This document shows, one piece after another, positions 37,776 through 50,343 of a stretch of DNA of 64,000 nt; within the stretch, counting starts at the first letter, position 1; the number at the start of each line of letters is the position of its first letter. Source of the stretch: Macrostomum lignano (Eukaryota). The position numbers were made by a program, and so were the translations under genes. A model generated the notes under the pieces. The model was given only the letters and a program-made list of their open reading frames with translations, was not told the DNA's origin and did not search any database. The stretch spans positions 107,087 through 171,086 of the forward strand of contig NIVC01002473.1 of assembly GCA_002269645.1 (NCBI GenBank), in the 5' to 3' direction.

Positions 37776-40700
37776 TGCTGCTTAAAGCTACACTTGTTTC
37801 AGCTTTAGTGCCTTTGTTTCAATTAGTGGACCGAATCGTCAGCTTCTCACTTCATATTCTAGAAAGTCGGTATGTTTAGCTGAGAATGAAATTTGTTAAA
37901 AGCAGGTACATGAGCATTGGCGGTATACTTTTTTCTGGCTTGCTCTCTTTTAACTTAAGGTGTAATTTTTGGCAAGTCAAAAGGTCAGACTGCTGTCTAC
38001 CGGAAGCATGAGAGTCCTGCTGGACCATTAGAGCGTATGGAATTTAGACATTTCCTGCAGAAGATGCTCCTGCATCATCCAAACTCTGCTTAGTGCCAAC
38101 GTTTTTTCTAATTTTAGCCTTGATTCTATAAAGTTAGACGGAAAATAAAATGCTTGATCTACAAAAATTATCTAGTCGATTCACCCATTTATCCATTAAT
38201 TTTCGTTCTTTCCGCAACCCATTTTTTCTCGAATTTACAGTATCTTCGATCGAACCGTCATGAAGTTTTAGTAAAATTGCTTTCTCAAATAGTTTAAGAA
38301 TCAACAATGTTATTGTTAGAAAACCACTCAGCCTCTCATATTTTAGAAAACTACGTGGCAACAACAACAATCACTGTGCATAAATTGAACAAGCAGTACA
38401 ATAGGAGCAATGTATGTTGTATGTAGTAAGTTGTATAGTATGTATAGTATATGCAGCTCTAGAAATTTGTGGAAAAATAAAAACGCAACGTAAGCATGAC
38501 TCAACTAGCTTTACCCATGCTCAACCCTCTGTTTATCTTTTTTGCCATTACGAGCGTGAGATATTTACAACCCAAGCATCACTTCTAATAGCTATTTAAA
38601 ACATTACTCGTATATGTAATGGTTGTTTATAAAAATGAAAGTACCCCGTTATAATGTAAAATGCAATGGTTTTTAAGCTAGAATTGTAGGAGAGCCTTCC
38701 TTACATACTCCTTTAAAGACAAATACGTACAAAGGCCCTGAAACGGCTGAAATCCTCAGACTACTCCCACAGGAAGAGCTTGCCCAGTTGAAGTTCAGTT
38801 CACAGTTGGGACAGTAAACTCTAGAAATAGCCACAAGACCGGTGGAAGGCGGCGTCAGATGACACCCCGTTGCTAATTTCTTTAGTTTCACTGATCAAGC
38901 CTCAACAGTGGGCAAACCTCAACTGCTGGACATCCTCAGCTGGTCTCTCAAGCATCCCTTCATCACCCGACGCCGTCGGCACCTTCAAAAGATGGCATCA
39001 GGCGACTAATGGACACCGGAACGAGATCGATTTTTCATTGTTGCCGTTAACATTTTTGAATTCTACAGACTAACAAAAAGCAAAGAAAAACTTACACTGA
39101 GAAGCCAGCTAGCAGTTTCAGAACGCAAGCGTAATGGGCTGGGTATCGAGGGGCTGTCAGTGCTAAAGGAAGAATGGTCTACTAAAAAGGCTGCAAGAAA
39201 GGCGGTTAGTACCCAGCTGCCCACCTCTATGCGGCCATTCGCTCTTAGAGATTTGAGACAAGTCTCTGTACAGCAGGTAAAAACTTTATTTAGAATATTA
39301 AACTGAACTGGCTGGTATACCTCTGCGTTACCCTTGCCCCTCTATATTTACCAAGCACAGAAAAAACACTAACTTGCTTCATTTGAATCGGAGAGCTCCG
39401 CCTGCTGGACAGCTGTCAGGGCGATCGAGTTGTGTATGGGAGCTGTCTCGTCAGACTCGCTGATGGTCTCTATTTCCGTTGGCTCCTCCCAGGTGATTTA
39501 TTTGGTGGAGGGCCACATAGATCTGGAAATTCGCAGCCCGGTAAGTGGAGACTGGAATAAATAGCCAACTGAGGTGAACAAAATCGCAGTGGAGCTATGT
39601 TTGAGTGCGAATACAGCAAACTTTCTTAATTCTTAGAAATAAACTTGACGCAGGTATTCATGAAATTTACTTGGTACTTAAACTGGATTTACAAGAGAAA
39701 AAAATATTCGATGGAAAAATAATTCCAATGCACGTATGATAGAGGTAATTAAGTTTTGCTGGGGTGCAGCTCAGGTGGTGTCGACCCCTCCGCTGGGTCA
39801 ATTAGCCGGTTTGCTAAAAAATAATAATTAACACCTAACAATAATTTCTTATTTCTCATCAATAACTTTATGTACACAACTCTATGATTATTAACCAATG
39901 AACAAAAAAACTTTATGTAACGTGCTCACAGACGAGAAAGAGCAATGTACACTATTATATAGTAACCAACCAGAATAATAAGCGGGCTTTTAGATTACCA
40001 TTTTAGGCTTGAAACCCTGTTGCAATTTATAATTAAATACGTTCTGAAAGAAACCACGCTTAAGCAGATTTGAATTTGAACTTCTGTTAATTCTCAGGAC
40101 CCTTGACGTAAAAATTCTAACGTTATTAGAATTAACGTGTTGTTGAGAAGTAAGCCACATTTTGGAACTTTTTCAAGTTTTTCATCCTTGTAAATTGTTC
40201 ATTTTAAAATTAAGATTCATTTACAAAACTGAGAGTTTTATAATGTTGATAGGCGTACACCTCTCCCAACGGGCGTCAATAAATATTTTGTGTCTTTTTG
40301 ATCTTGTCTTAATCTTGATGAGCCAATTAAGTCTGCTTGGTTTGGCCAGTTGATGCAACGATCTTCTTTTTGTATCGAGCTGTTTGCGTCAGAGATATCC
40401 GTGATTGCTTTCCTGATGCACTTAAAACTTTGTCGAGTTAAAACTCATTCATAGAAGAGTCTACTATCCTGGTGATTTTCTATCATAGGTGAGTCTACTA
40501 TCCTGAGGCACGTAGGAATTTATTCAGTGTCCGTGTCGACCCATGTGCAGGCAACACCAAGGACAACTCACGAAGGACGGGAAGCTATGTTTCTTGGAGA
40601 AATTTAAAAAAGGCAGGTTTTTACCGAAGAATACATTACGGGAGATAATAGGTTTCCATTTTTGCAGCACAAAAACTGCTATTGCTTTTGATAGGAGGCA

Positions 40701-40830
40701 AATTTAATCTTTATCGATTGATATGCCTTTCCTTTCTTATAGATTGATATTTAAAGAACTTTTCGTTAAGAAAATGAGGGTTCAATTTTAGTTTTATATT
40801 CAATGCACGTTTCCTATTCCTAATTTAATA

Positions 40831-41103
40831 ATTGATTGCACCTGCTGTAATGGCCAGATGCGCAACCGACAGCTATTGCGCGGCGCATCTGAAGGCTGCG
40901 TACGGCTGTTCAGTCCAAGGACTGGGGGGGTCGCCACACACACCCTCAATTACCCCAGCTAATGCTGGGAACCATTTTACAGCTGGGGGGAACTGAAGCA
41001 ATGCAGAGTTAAGTCTCTTGCTGAAGGACACAAATCGTTCCAGTGGGATAGGGAATCGAACCCCCGACCCTCAAGCCGTGAGTCTGACACTGTAACCACT
41101 AGG
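40831..41103 (-). mobile_element. tRNA-derived SINE family B with a V/Meta-like central domain
   Basis: Minus strand: TAGTGGTT A box, GGTTCGATTCC B box, then GTGTCCTTCAGCAAGAGACTTAAC. Partial second copy at 18889. Confidence 0.7.
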
Positions 41104-42131
41104 TTAAAACCCATTTTTGCCTATATCACTATATACTTTGAAGGCCCTATGCCTAGAACTCATAAGTGCTATATAAGAACAAAGCATATCCAAAGATGAA
41201 CATTAAGTCTGTCTCCTATCAAAAGCAATACAAATATTTGTGCTGAAAAAAAGGAAGACCCTCTATCCTCGTAATTGTATTTTTGGTAAAACTTGCCTAC
41301 TGAGCCATTTTCGAACAAAGTAACACTTACACAATCATTAGTTTCGAGTTAATATATAACGCATGGCTCAGATACCACTATAGTAAAAAAACTATAATCG
41401 TTTTTTTTCAATATATAAGTCGGCGAAATTAGTGGCCCATATTCAACATATCGAATACAGATGATAAATATTAGATAGACAAATAAAAAACAAGCTTATT
41501 AGTATCCGGTTAGGCAAAGCCATCGATAAATATTTGGACAGGGACACATGCTTGCACATCAATAGCGATTGAAGCAATATTGTTTAGACAGAAAGGAGAA
41601 TATAGTCTTGATATTATTAAAGACAAAGAAAAATAATTCAAAGAAGGTTAAGTTTATAGAGCGTATTGCACATGCACTTAGCAGAACAAGGTGGCCAGAC
41701 AAAGCGTTTCTAATAATAAATAATTCATTATTTAATGAGATGCCAAACGTGCAAGGCGTACAATTGAATTTTGAATTTAGCGCGAAAATTTTTGCCGAAC
41801 AATAACAAAATTACTTGACAGAATCGAGCTGCCAATCAAACTGTGCGCAAATTAAAACGCCGAAAAAACACCCTGACGAGACTACTGACAGACAAACAGT
41901 CAGTAGGCAGTTTTGAATTTTACTGTTTTTTAATAGAAATTTTAAGAAAAAAACGACAAAACTTTTCTATTATCTTTATTAATAATTTTATGTGCTCTAG
42001 AAGATGAAGATAGAGTATAGAATAATTAATTTAATCAACAGGATATAATTTTAGGAGTTAGTAAAACAGGCCATGCTAGAAGAACCCACACCTGATAGTT
42101 GGGGGGGGTTTTTCAAAGTCAAGTCCATCGC

Positions 42132-42632
42132 CTAAGCCGTGGCCGAGGCTCCTGGCAGTTTGCCAAGGGCTTTGGACAGATCAACTCCGGTCAGGGCCTG
42201 CACGGCTGGCGGCAGGCTGCTCAGAAGGCGCGACACCTCAGACGTGGTTCGATCGTCGCCCAGCACAACAATCTCGTCAATCTTGGACAGCGGCGCGGCC
42301 ACCTCGGCAGCAACGCGCGGCAGAGCGTCCAGTGTCAGCTCCAAGATGGCGGCGTCGCCGTAGGCTCGGAAAGCCGAGGCCTTGAGTCGCATCTCCTCTG
42401 CCTGGGCCTTGCCAACCGCCTCGATGCTGGCGGCCTCGGCTGAGCCGCGCACCCGGATGGACTCGGCCTCGGCCTGGGCCACCTTCACCTTGCGGAACCG
42501 GTCACCGGCCGCGATGGTCTGCACTTTGAAGGCCTGCGCCTCGGCAGGGCGGCGAACGTTGGCGTCAAGCTCCTTCTCGTTGCGAATGATTTCTTTCTCT
42601 TCGATTTCAATCAGCTTGCGCTTCTCGCGAAC
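42132..42632 (-). CDS. FLOT2: Flotillin-2 exon 5 (last)
   Basis: VRRPAEAQA...YGDAA...APLSKIDEIVVL...LTGVDLSK; CAG acceptor, phase 0. Confidence 0.92.
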   Translation of the reverse strand, partial: VREKRKLIEIEEKEIIRNEKELDANVRRPAEAQAFKVQTIAAGDRFRKVKVAQAEAESIRVRGSAEAASIEAVGKAQAEEMRLKASAFRAYGDAAILELTLDALPRVAAEVAAPLSKIDEIVVLGDDRTTSEVSRLLSSLPPAVQALTGVDLSKALGKLPGASATA

Positions 42633-42672
42633 CTGCCGGGGTACGGGGGAGGTGCGACTTATTTTATTTGTT

Positions 42673-43290
42673 ATCGATACATATCGGCGCAATAATTAAA
42701 AAAATCAGTTTTCAATACATATCGGCGAGATATTTGTTAAACCTGCTTTCGATACATATCGGCGGGATACTTTATTAAACCAGTTTTCGATACATTTCGG
42801 CAGGTTAATTATTAAACATGCTTTCAATACATATCGGCGGGATATTTATTAAACCTGCTTTCGATACATATCAACGGGATAATTTATTAAACATGCTTTC
42901 GATACATATCGGTATGCCAATTAATTATTAAACCTGCTTTCAATACATATCGGCGGGATAATTTATTAAACCTGCTTTCGATACATATCGGCGGGATAAT
43001 TATTAAACCTGCTTTCGATATATTTCGGTATGTCAATTATTAAACCTGCTTTCAATACATATCGGCGGGATAATTTATTAAACCTGCTTTCGATACATAT
43101 CGGCGGGATAATTATTAAACCTGCTTTCTATACATATCGGCGGGATAATTATTAAATCTGCTTTCAATACATTTCGGCAGGGTAATTAAGAAACCAATTT
43201 TTTATACATATAGGCGGTGAAGTGATGATTAATGATTTTTTCGATACATATCGGCGTGGTAATTATTAAACTTGTTTTCGATACATATAG
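42673..43290 (+). repeat. ~37-38-bp minisatellite with internal palindrome CGATACATATCG
   Basis: About 16 head-to-tail units with no unique spacers. Confidence 0.92.
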
Positions 43291-43639
43291 ACAGTGTAAC
43301 GTACTATATTATTAAGTTTTTTTGTCAATGCAGTACATAAATAATATTAATTTGACCTTACTTGACCTTTACTAATGGCAAAAAAATCAAATTAAATGTT
43401 TCAAGTTCAGAAATTAAGAATGTTTAGACGAACATAATTGCTGCGCACTGTCCCCAGCTAGTTGTAAATCTATAAAAATAGGTTCTCGCCTTATCTTAAA
43501 TATACAGTAAATTCGCATAGCGCACTATCTGAATTCTGCTGTTCGCTGTGAATGATAAGGGGTGCGCCAAATCAGGATTGATTTATTTGACTATCTCTGT
43601 TTCTAACACAGACCGTGGGACAGACTAGAGCAATTTGAA

Positions 43640-44430
43640 ATTAAATTACCCTCTCCCTCCCCTGTTAACCTCTTCCCACCCTGCCTTGTTACCCTCTCCC
43701 GTTACCCTTTTCTCACCCTCCCCTGTTTTTTTATTAGAGGCAGGGGGCTGTGTGCACCCTGGCGCACTTTAAGCGACATAGGCACACAACCGGCGAGAGG
43801 CATTGCTGCCCATCCCGCCGACTCCCCTGAGCAGGCATACAAGCGAGCGGATACGTACGCAGGCACACACTCACACAGGAGTGTACAGCAACCCTAACTT
43901 TATTTTATCGTTAGGCATGTACACTTCACTGCGCCTTGGGGGTTGGCTCTCAAGGCCGTTAATTGCACGAGCAGAGCCAAGCCGAGATTCCAATTCAGCC
44001 CCAAATTAATGGGACTGCACTTGGAATCGAGCCTAGGTCGCTGGCACACCAGAGCCTGCGCTACCGCTGGGCTACGGCCCCCTTTACCCTCCCCTGTTAC
44101 CCTCATCTCACCCTCCCGTTACCCTCTTCTCACCCTCCCATGTTACCCTCAATGTCCCTCATCTCCCCCTCCCCTGTTACCCTCTTCTCACCATCCCCTG
44201 TTATCCTCTTCTCACCCTCCCCTGTTACCCTCATCTCACCCTCCCCTGTTACCCTATTCTCACCCTCCCCTGTTATCCTCTTCTCACCCTCCCCTGTTAC
44301 CCTCATCTCACCCTCCCCTGTTACCTTCTCACCCTCCCCTGTTACCCTCTCCTCACCCTCCCCTGTTACCCTCTTCTCACCATCCCCTGTTACCCTCTTC
44401 TCACCCTCCCCTGTTATCTTCTTCACACCC
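43640..44430 (+). repeat. 24-bp pyrimidine-rich minisatellite (CCCTCCCCTGTTACCCTCTTCTCA)n, interrupted by a SINE
   Basis: Direct observation. Confidence 0.9.
43726..44083 (-). mobile_element. tRNA-derived SINE family A
   Basis: Reverse complement of 31560-31927. Confidence 0.85.
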
Positions 44431-44464
44431 TGTCTTCCACCCACAAAACATTAGATTATATCAC

Positions 44465-45033
44465 CTCAATTTCGATTTCCTCAGCTCGAATCTTCTGCCT
44501 CTCCTTGGCACCCTGGAGATTATAGGCCAGCTCGGACTCGGCCTTGGCCCTGTTCACTTCCACATCGAAAGCGCCCTTCTGCATCTGGAAGGTCCTGGCA
44601 CTGTCGGCAATTTTCGAGTCCATGTCGTACTTGACATCCATTCTGGCTCGCTGGCAGGACGATTCAACAATGCCGGCGTCTCTCTCGGCTTCGGCCACGC
44701 CAATATCGGCGTCTCTCTTGATAACGGCAGTCTGGGTGCGGCCGAGGCTGTTTAAATAGTCCACCTTGTCGTAGATGTCCTTGATGGTGAAGGACAGAAT
44801 TTCGATGCCCATTTTGCCCACATCCGGTGCGGCCACTTCGCGGACAAGTTCAGCGAATTGGTCACGATCTTTGTAGATGGCCTCGACAGTCAGGGTGCCC
44901 AGGATGGCGCGCAGATGGCCCTCCATGGTCTGCAGGATTGTCTCCTCCATCTCTTGGCGGGACTTGCCCAGAAACTGCTCGCAGGCGGTGGCCAGAATCT
45001 CATCATCTCGCATCACCTTCACTTGGGCGACGC
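44465..45033 (-). CDS. FLOT2: Flotillin-2 exon 4 (SPFH core)
   Basis: ACEQFLGK...EGHLRAILGTLTVEAIYKDRDQFAELVREVAAPDVGKMGIEILSFTIKD; 569 nt, phase 1-0. Confidence 0.95.
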
Positions 45034-45109
45034 CTTTGATTAAAGGGATGCCATTCGTGTCATCTACTGTCGATTCGCTGTTTTTAACATCCCCTCAGAA
45101 CTTTCCCGT

Positions 45110-45580
45110 CTCTACATCCCCTCTGGGTTCTCCCCTCTACACCTCTGGGTTCTCCCCTCTACATCCCTTCTAGGTTCTCCCCTCTCTACATCCCCTCTGG
45201 GTTCTCCCCTCTCTACATCCCCTCTGGGTTCTCCCCTCTCTACACCCCTCTGAGTTCTCCCCTCTCTACACCCCTCTGGGTTCTCCCCTCTCTACACCCC
45301 TCTGGGTTCTCACCTCTCTACACTCCCTATGGGTTCTCCCCTCTCTACACCCCTCTGGGTTCTCACCTCTCTACACTCCCTATGGGTTCTCCCCTCTCTA
45401 CACCCCTCTGGGTTCTCACTTCTCACCTCTCTACACTCCCTATGGGTTCTCCCCTCTCTACACCCCTCTGGGTTCTCCCCTCTCTACACTCCCTATGGGG
45501 TCTCACCTCTCTACATCCCTTCTGTATTTTCCCCTCTCTACATCCCTTCTGTATTTTCCCCTCTCTACATCCCCACTAAA
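45110..45580 (+). repeat. ~26-bp minisatellite (CCCCTCTCTACACCCCTCTGGGTTCT)n
   Basis: Direct observation. Confidence 0.9.
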
Positions 45581-45666
45581 ATCTCCCATTTTCCATACGT
45601 CACTTCCAGTTTAAATCTTATCACTCCCAACCCCAGAAAAATGAATAAAATAAATCAATACCATAC

Positions 45667-45746
45667 CTGTCACTGTCAGAGCAACACCCTCGGAGGTTTC
45701 AACACTCTCACAGCGCGGCTTTAGTGTGAACACCTCCAAAGTTAGT
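45667..45746 (-). CDS. FLOT2: Flotillin-2 exon 3
   Basis: LTLEVFTLKPRCESVETSEGVALTVTG; 80 nt; AG/GT flanks. Confidence 0.9.
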
Positions 45747-45834
45747 CTGAAAAAAATAAACAAAAATTATAGACAAATGCGCTGGACCCACTACATTAAT
45801 ATATTATCAAGTTTAACAATAACTAATTACTCAC

Positions 45835-45916
45835 TTCTGAGTTTGTGTTACAAGCCACCAAGCCCAGCCCCAGCCTCCAATGATGCGACGGACACTCTGG
45901 TCGCCACAGCAACCAC
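45835..45916 (-). CDS. FLOT2: Flotillin-2 exon 2
   Basis: GGCCGDQSVRRIIGGWGWAWWLVTQTQ; 82 nt; AG/GT flanks. Confidence 0.9.
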
Positions 45917-47867
45917 CTTAAAAGTTTGAAGTAATTGATATTATGATTTCAAACTGATTATTTTACTTGTTTGGATTGGATTTGGATTTTAAATTGGCAA
46001 TATTAACTTGGTAATATTGATACTGGCTAAGGGTGAACATAAAAGTTGAGCAAGATATTTGTAAAAATAGTTGCATATATAACAAATTTTAAAATAATAC
46101 TTGTAGATATTTAAAACAAAATAAACATAAAACAAGGTAAAAATGACTAAATTTTGTCTACTACCCTGTTTTCTAACGTTTGTAAAAAGTTATTTTATCT
46201 AAGCCTACCAGTTTGGTCATTTTCTGTCATAAAATGTTCTGATGAAGAAGCTATATATAGTTTTAACACTAAGAACTCTGAATTAAGTATTCAAGAATCA
46301 AGTCCTAATTAGGGGCTAATAATATTGAATTGCAAAAGAGCCTATTGTTCTATTATATATTATATTATATAAGAAACAAAACATATTAAGTTATATAGCA
46401 TGTAACTTATAATACTTATTCAAAAAGGTATATTTTTCTATTCATTTATTTACCATTTATTCATATATTCATAGACTTTGACATGCTATCTGACACTCCT
46501 TCCACTGACATACTATATTTTATTGTAGTTGTTCATTATCTTTAAACAAATAAAATAAAATATAAATTTATTTTAATTCATTGGAGCCTATCTCACAGGC
46601 AAGGACAATCATAAGAGTTAGAGTTTAAAAAAGCATATATTAGATTGGACTTATATCTTTATAAAAAGAGCATATATATTCACTTTTGTTGTACTATCAT
46701 ATAAATGATTGCATGAAGCTGATTGTAAGACAAACTGAAGACATCTATTTAATATAAGATTGATTGCACTAGATAATAACATGAAATCATAGCATAAAGT
46801 TATAGCATATCCAATGTAATATAGTAGCTGAAGATATATGCACCTTCTGACCTTCTTTTATTTTTATCTTACAATCCCATCTTATTATAAAGACACAGTT
46901 AATTTCCATATGAAAGCATTAAAAAAGTACATATTATTATTAGATTTTATTGACTTAAATATTTACAAATAAGTCTATAGATATAGTTTTTAACATTTTG
47001 ATATTGATCAGACTCTAGGCTTATCTTTGAAATGACTAATTGACATTTATTATTAGTAATAACTAGCAATCTAGTACCTTCCTTTGGGGCACACAATAAG
47101 CAAAGAGCCAAAATAAATCTCATTAAAATGATCATAACAAAAGTAAAAATAAAATCATAGGCTTTCAGTTTCACTTGGTTTTACTTGCACTAAATGCTAT
47201 TTTTTGCTTTAAATATTTTGCTTGCAGTAAAAGTATAGAAATAAATACTATTGCTATATAATATTTTTACATACTATTTTGTCAGGGTCCAGATTGTAAA
47301 AGTAGTATGAACAGGAACAAGAATCCTTTTTAGCTAAATATATCAATGTATGCCAAAAAATAGAATGTTTTCCTAAAATGTAAACTTAAAATATATATAA
47401 GGTTTGCCACTTGTGACAACTCAATTGACATTATCATTGTCTATGATATAAGTTTCCTGATAGATATTTTCTAATAAATATTAATTTTTCAAACAAAAAA
47501 ATGAATTTATATTTCAGGTAGCATTCTTTACTATGTCCTATAATACTATATTCAGCTTTAAAATTTAAAAGGCCTAAGCAAAAATTTCTATCCTAAAAAA
47601 GCATTTGACATAAATAAATAGAAAGTATGTCAAATGATGAATTCAGTGGCACCCTTTACAAAACATATTTTGAAAGCAAATGTCTGAGAAAATACAAAAG
47701 GCCATCATGTGACTTCTTCAAGTTTATATTGATGAATTAGTTGCAATTTTAACAGGAGCATCATTTTGTCTCTATAGAGGTTTTTAATGGTGCTGATTTT
47801 AAATTCAAGCTTCTATTTTTGGTAGCTTTAACCCAACTATATATAGCTTAAAACTAACCATCAAGTC

Positions 47868-48275
47868 ATGGGGAATGAGGGTTTTAGGGTAGGGAGATTC
47901 TTTATAGGGATCAATTTTATCAACATAAACTTGAATAGAGGCATGGAGACCTATTCAAGATGGTTTTGATAAGTTCCAGACTTGGGTAGGGGGATAAACC
48001 CTAGGGCCTACCAAAGGTCAATGACCAAATACTAGGACATGGGGAATAAGGGGTTTATAGGTGGGGATCCTTGATAGGAGTTGATTTTATCAACAAAAAC
48101 TTAAATAGAGGCCTAGAGACCTATTTAAGAAAGTGTTGATAAATTCCAGACTTAGGAAAAAGGGATTAATCCTTACAAAAAGGTCAATGACCAACTATTA
48201 GGGTATAGAATAGGATGAAGGGTTTTTGGGTAGGGGATTCTTCATGGAGGTTGATTTTATCAATGCAAACTTGAA
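47868..48275 (+). repeat. ~171-bp diverged tandem repeat, about 2.4 copies
   Basis: CATGGGGAAT...GATTTTATCAAC...GGTCAATGACCAA recurs at ~171-bp spacing. Confidence 0.8.
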
Positions 48276-48984
48276 TATTATAGACATTTATATGATTAAT
48301 TACTTACATCACTAAATCATTCACCAAAAGGTATTAATCTTGACCATAACACAATGGAAAAGGTAGCAATAAATCAGAATGTGGTCAAGATGATTATCAA
48401 TATATCGTAGAAGTAGCAAATTTAAAAAAGAGGAAACCATGATGTAGTAATTATTTGACATTATAAAAAAACTCAATATCAAATTTGATTTAGTTATCTG
48501 TATTCACTAGGGCCTATATATTATAATTTAAAAGTGGTTAATATTACTTGTGATATTTTAATTTTCTATTCACAAAACATGTTATATATTTTTTGTTTAA
48601 AAAATGTTCATTTATAAACACAAAATTTATTAAAACATTTTTGTTCAAATTCTTATTGACATCATAAGGCCTAAAGGGATTAATAAACTGAGGTCACATC
48701 ACATCACCACAGAATGCAGTTTTTTGGAGATTTTTTTTACTTTTTTATTATTTCCAGCATCTTCCAACCCAAGTTTCTGGTGAAAATTACTGAAAAATTG
48801 GAAAATCGAAAGTATTTTATCAACATAAACTTGAAGAAGTCCCAATCATGTGTCCAGAGTAAATGGTGGCAGACAAAATAACTGTAGTGTACACAAAAAA
48901 CAATTATAGCTCAGTGGCTTTAGCCTGACTCACTGACTGACAGATTTTGCTACTGAAAAGTTATATTATATTAGGGGCCTAATC

Positions 48985-49354
48985 AGGGGGGCCGTAGCCC
49001 AGCGGTAGCGCAGCTGCTCTGGTGTGCCAGCGACCCAGGCTCGATTCCAAGTGCAGTCACATTAATTTGGGGTTGAATTGGAATTTCGGCTTGGCTCGCT
49101 TGTGCAATTAACGGCCTTGAGAGCCAACCCCCCAAGGCGCAGTGAAGTGTACATGCCTAACAATTGATAAAGTTAGGGCCGCTGTACACTCCTGTGTGAG
49201 TGTGTGCCTGCGTAACGTATCCGCGCGCTTGTATGCCTGCTCAGGGGAGTCGGCGGAATGGGCAGCAATGCCTCTCGCCAGTTGTGTGCCTATGTCGCCT
49301 AAAAGTGCGCCAGGGTGCACACAACCCCCCTGCCTCTAAAAAAAAAAAAAAAAA
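48985..49354 (+). mobile_element. tRNA-derived SINE family A
   Basis: A and B boxes, poly(A) tail, perfect 13-bp TSD TAGGGGCCTAATC. Confidence 0.9.
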
Positions 49355-49485
49355 TAGGGGCCTAATCCAGTCTAAGAAATTCTGAAAAACAATGAGAAAC
49401 ATTGCAAATTCTAGCCTAGTTTTAAATATTTTTTTCAAATTACGAAAACACTTTAAACGTGAAAGTAATACTCTAACTTACATAC

Positions 49486-49534
49486 CTGAAATTACCAAGG
49501 CTTCATTAGGTCCGACTGTGTGTATATTTCCCAT
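49486..49534 (-). CDS. FLOT2: Flotillin-2 exon 1
   Basis: MGNIHTVGPNEALVISG, 49 nt, GTATGT donor. The five exons sum to 1281 nt (426 aa plus stop). Confidence 0.92.
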
Positions 49535-49854
49535 TTAGGCTAAAAAAGTATTGAAATGAAAAGCTAAAAATCGAAAACGTAGCTTTGCGTTAAACCTAAA
49601 AATAAACCTAAATTATTTGACTACAACCGCAACTTTAATATGTAGTCGTGGGCTCGTCGCAAGTATATATATTGATGAAATTATGTAATTTGAATTATAA
49701 AGTACTCTATTTTGCAAGTCTAAAGCAGAACATGTTTAATATAATTATAATTTAACTAGGTTATTAAAATGATTGTTTAGCTGCAAATTTTACTTAGTAA
49801 ACATTTACTTAAAATATAAAATATTAACTTTGTTTCACTACTATAAAAACGGTA

Positions 49855-50125
49855 AGTAGTATATAAAAAGACGCTTCTAGACCCAGAGCACTTTTTTAAT
49901 GACCGTTTTAAGGGTCTAGAGGGGGGACACGGGGGGTAAATAAAAAAACACATCTAAACACCCTTAACACATCTAATCACCCATAATCACCCCTAACAAT
50001 AAAAATCACTTCCCAACACTTCCAAACACTCCCCAACACCCCCCTCGCGTCCCCCCTCTTAAGACCTTACAAACGGCCATTAAAATAAGGTCTGATCTAG
50101 AAGCGTCTTTTTCTATACTACTACT
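49855..50125. repeat. Fold-back terminal region AGTAGT...ACTACT
   Basis: ~85-bp imperfect inverted repeat at both ends of a 270-bp segment. Confidence 0.8.
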
Positions 50126-50343
50126 CTATAACCCCTTGCCCGCGCCGCAGGCGCGAAGGGTCGGAAAGAATAGAAGCTATTTATAGTCAGCTCACCTACC
50201 CACCCAACATTCCATTTAGACCAGATTTTAGACCAAACAAAACTAGACTATCGTTTTGGTTTTCGTTTTCAAAAATTTGGTCTAAAATCTGGTCTAAATG
50301 GAATGCAGACAATCTTTTTCTGTTACTAAAAATAGAACAAAAA

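Noticed and set aside
38670-39540. Possible extra upstream exons of the ANK-cGLR gene
   Set aside because: Coding-like composition, but I found no open frame with consistent splice sites.
42673-43290. CRISPR-like array (palindromic ~37-bp repeats)
   Set aside because: Units are head to tail with no unique spacers, there are no cas genes, and it lies in a eukaryotic intron. It is a minisatellite.
43943-44755. Pro/Ser-rich and TGEGE-repeat ORFs
   Set aside because: Caused by a 24-bp minisatellite and the flotillin antisense frame.
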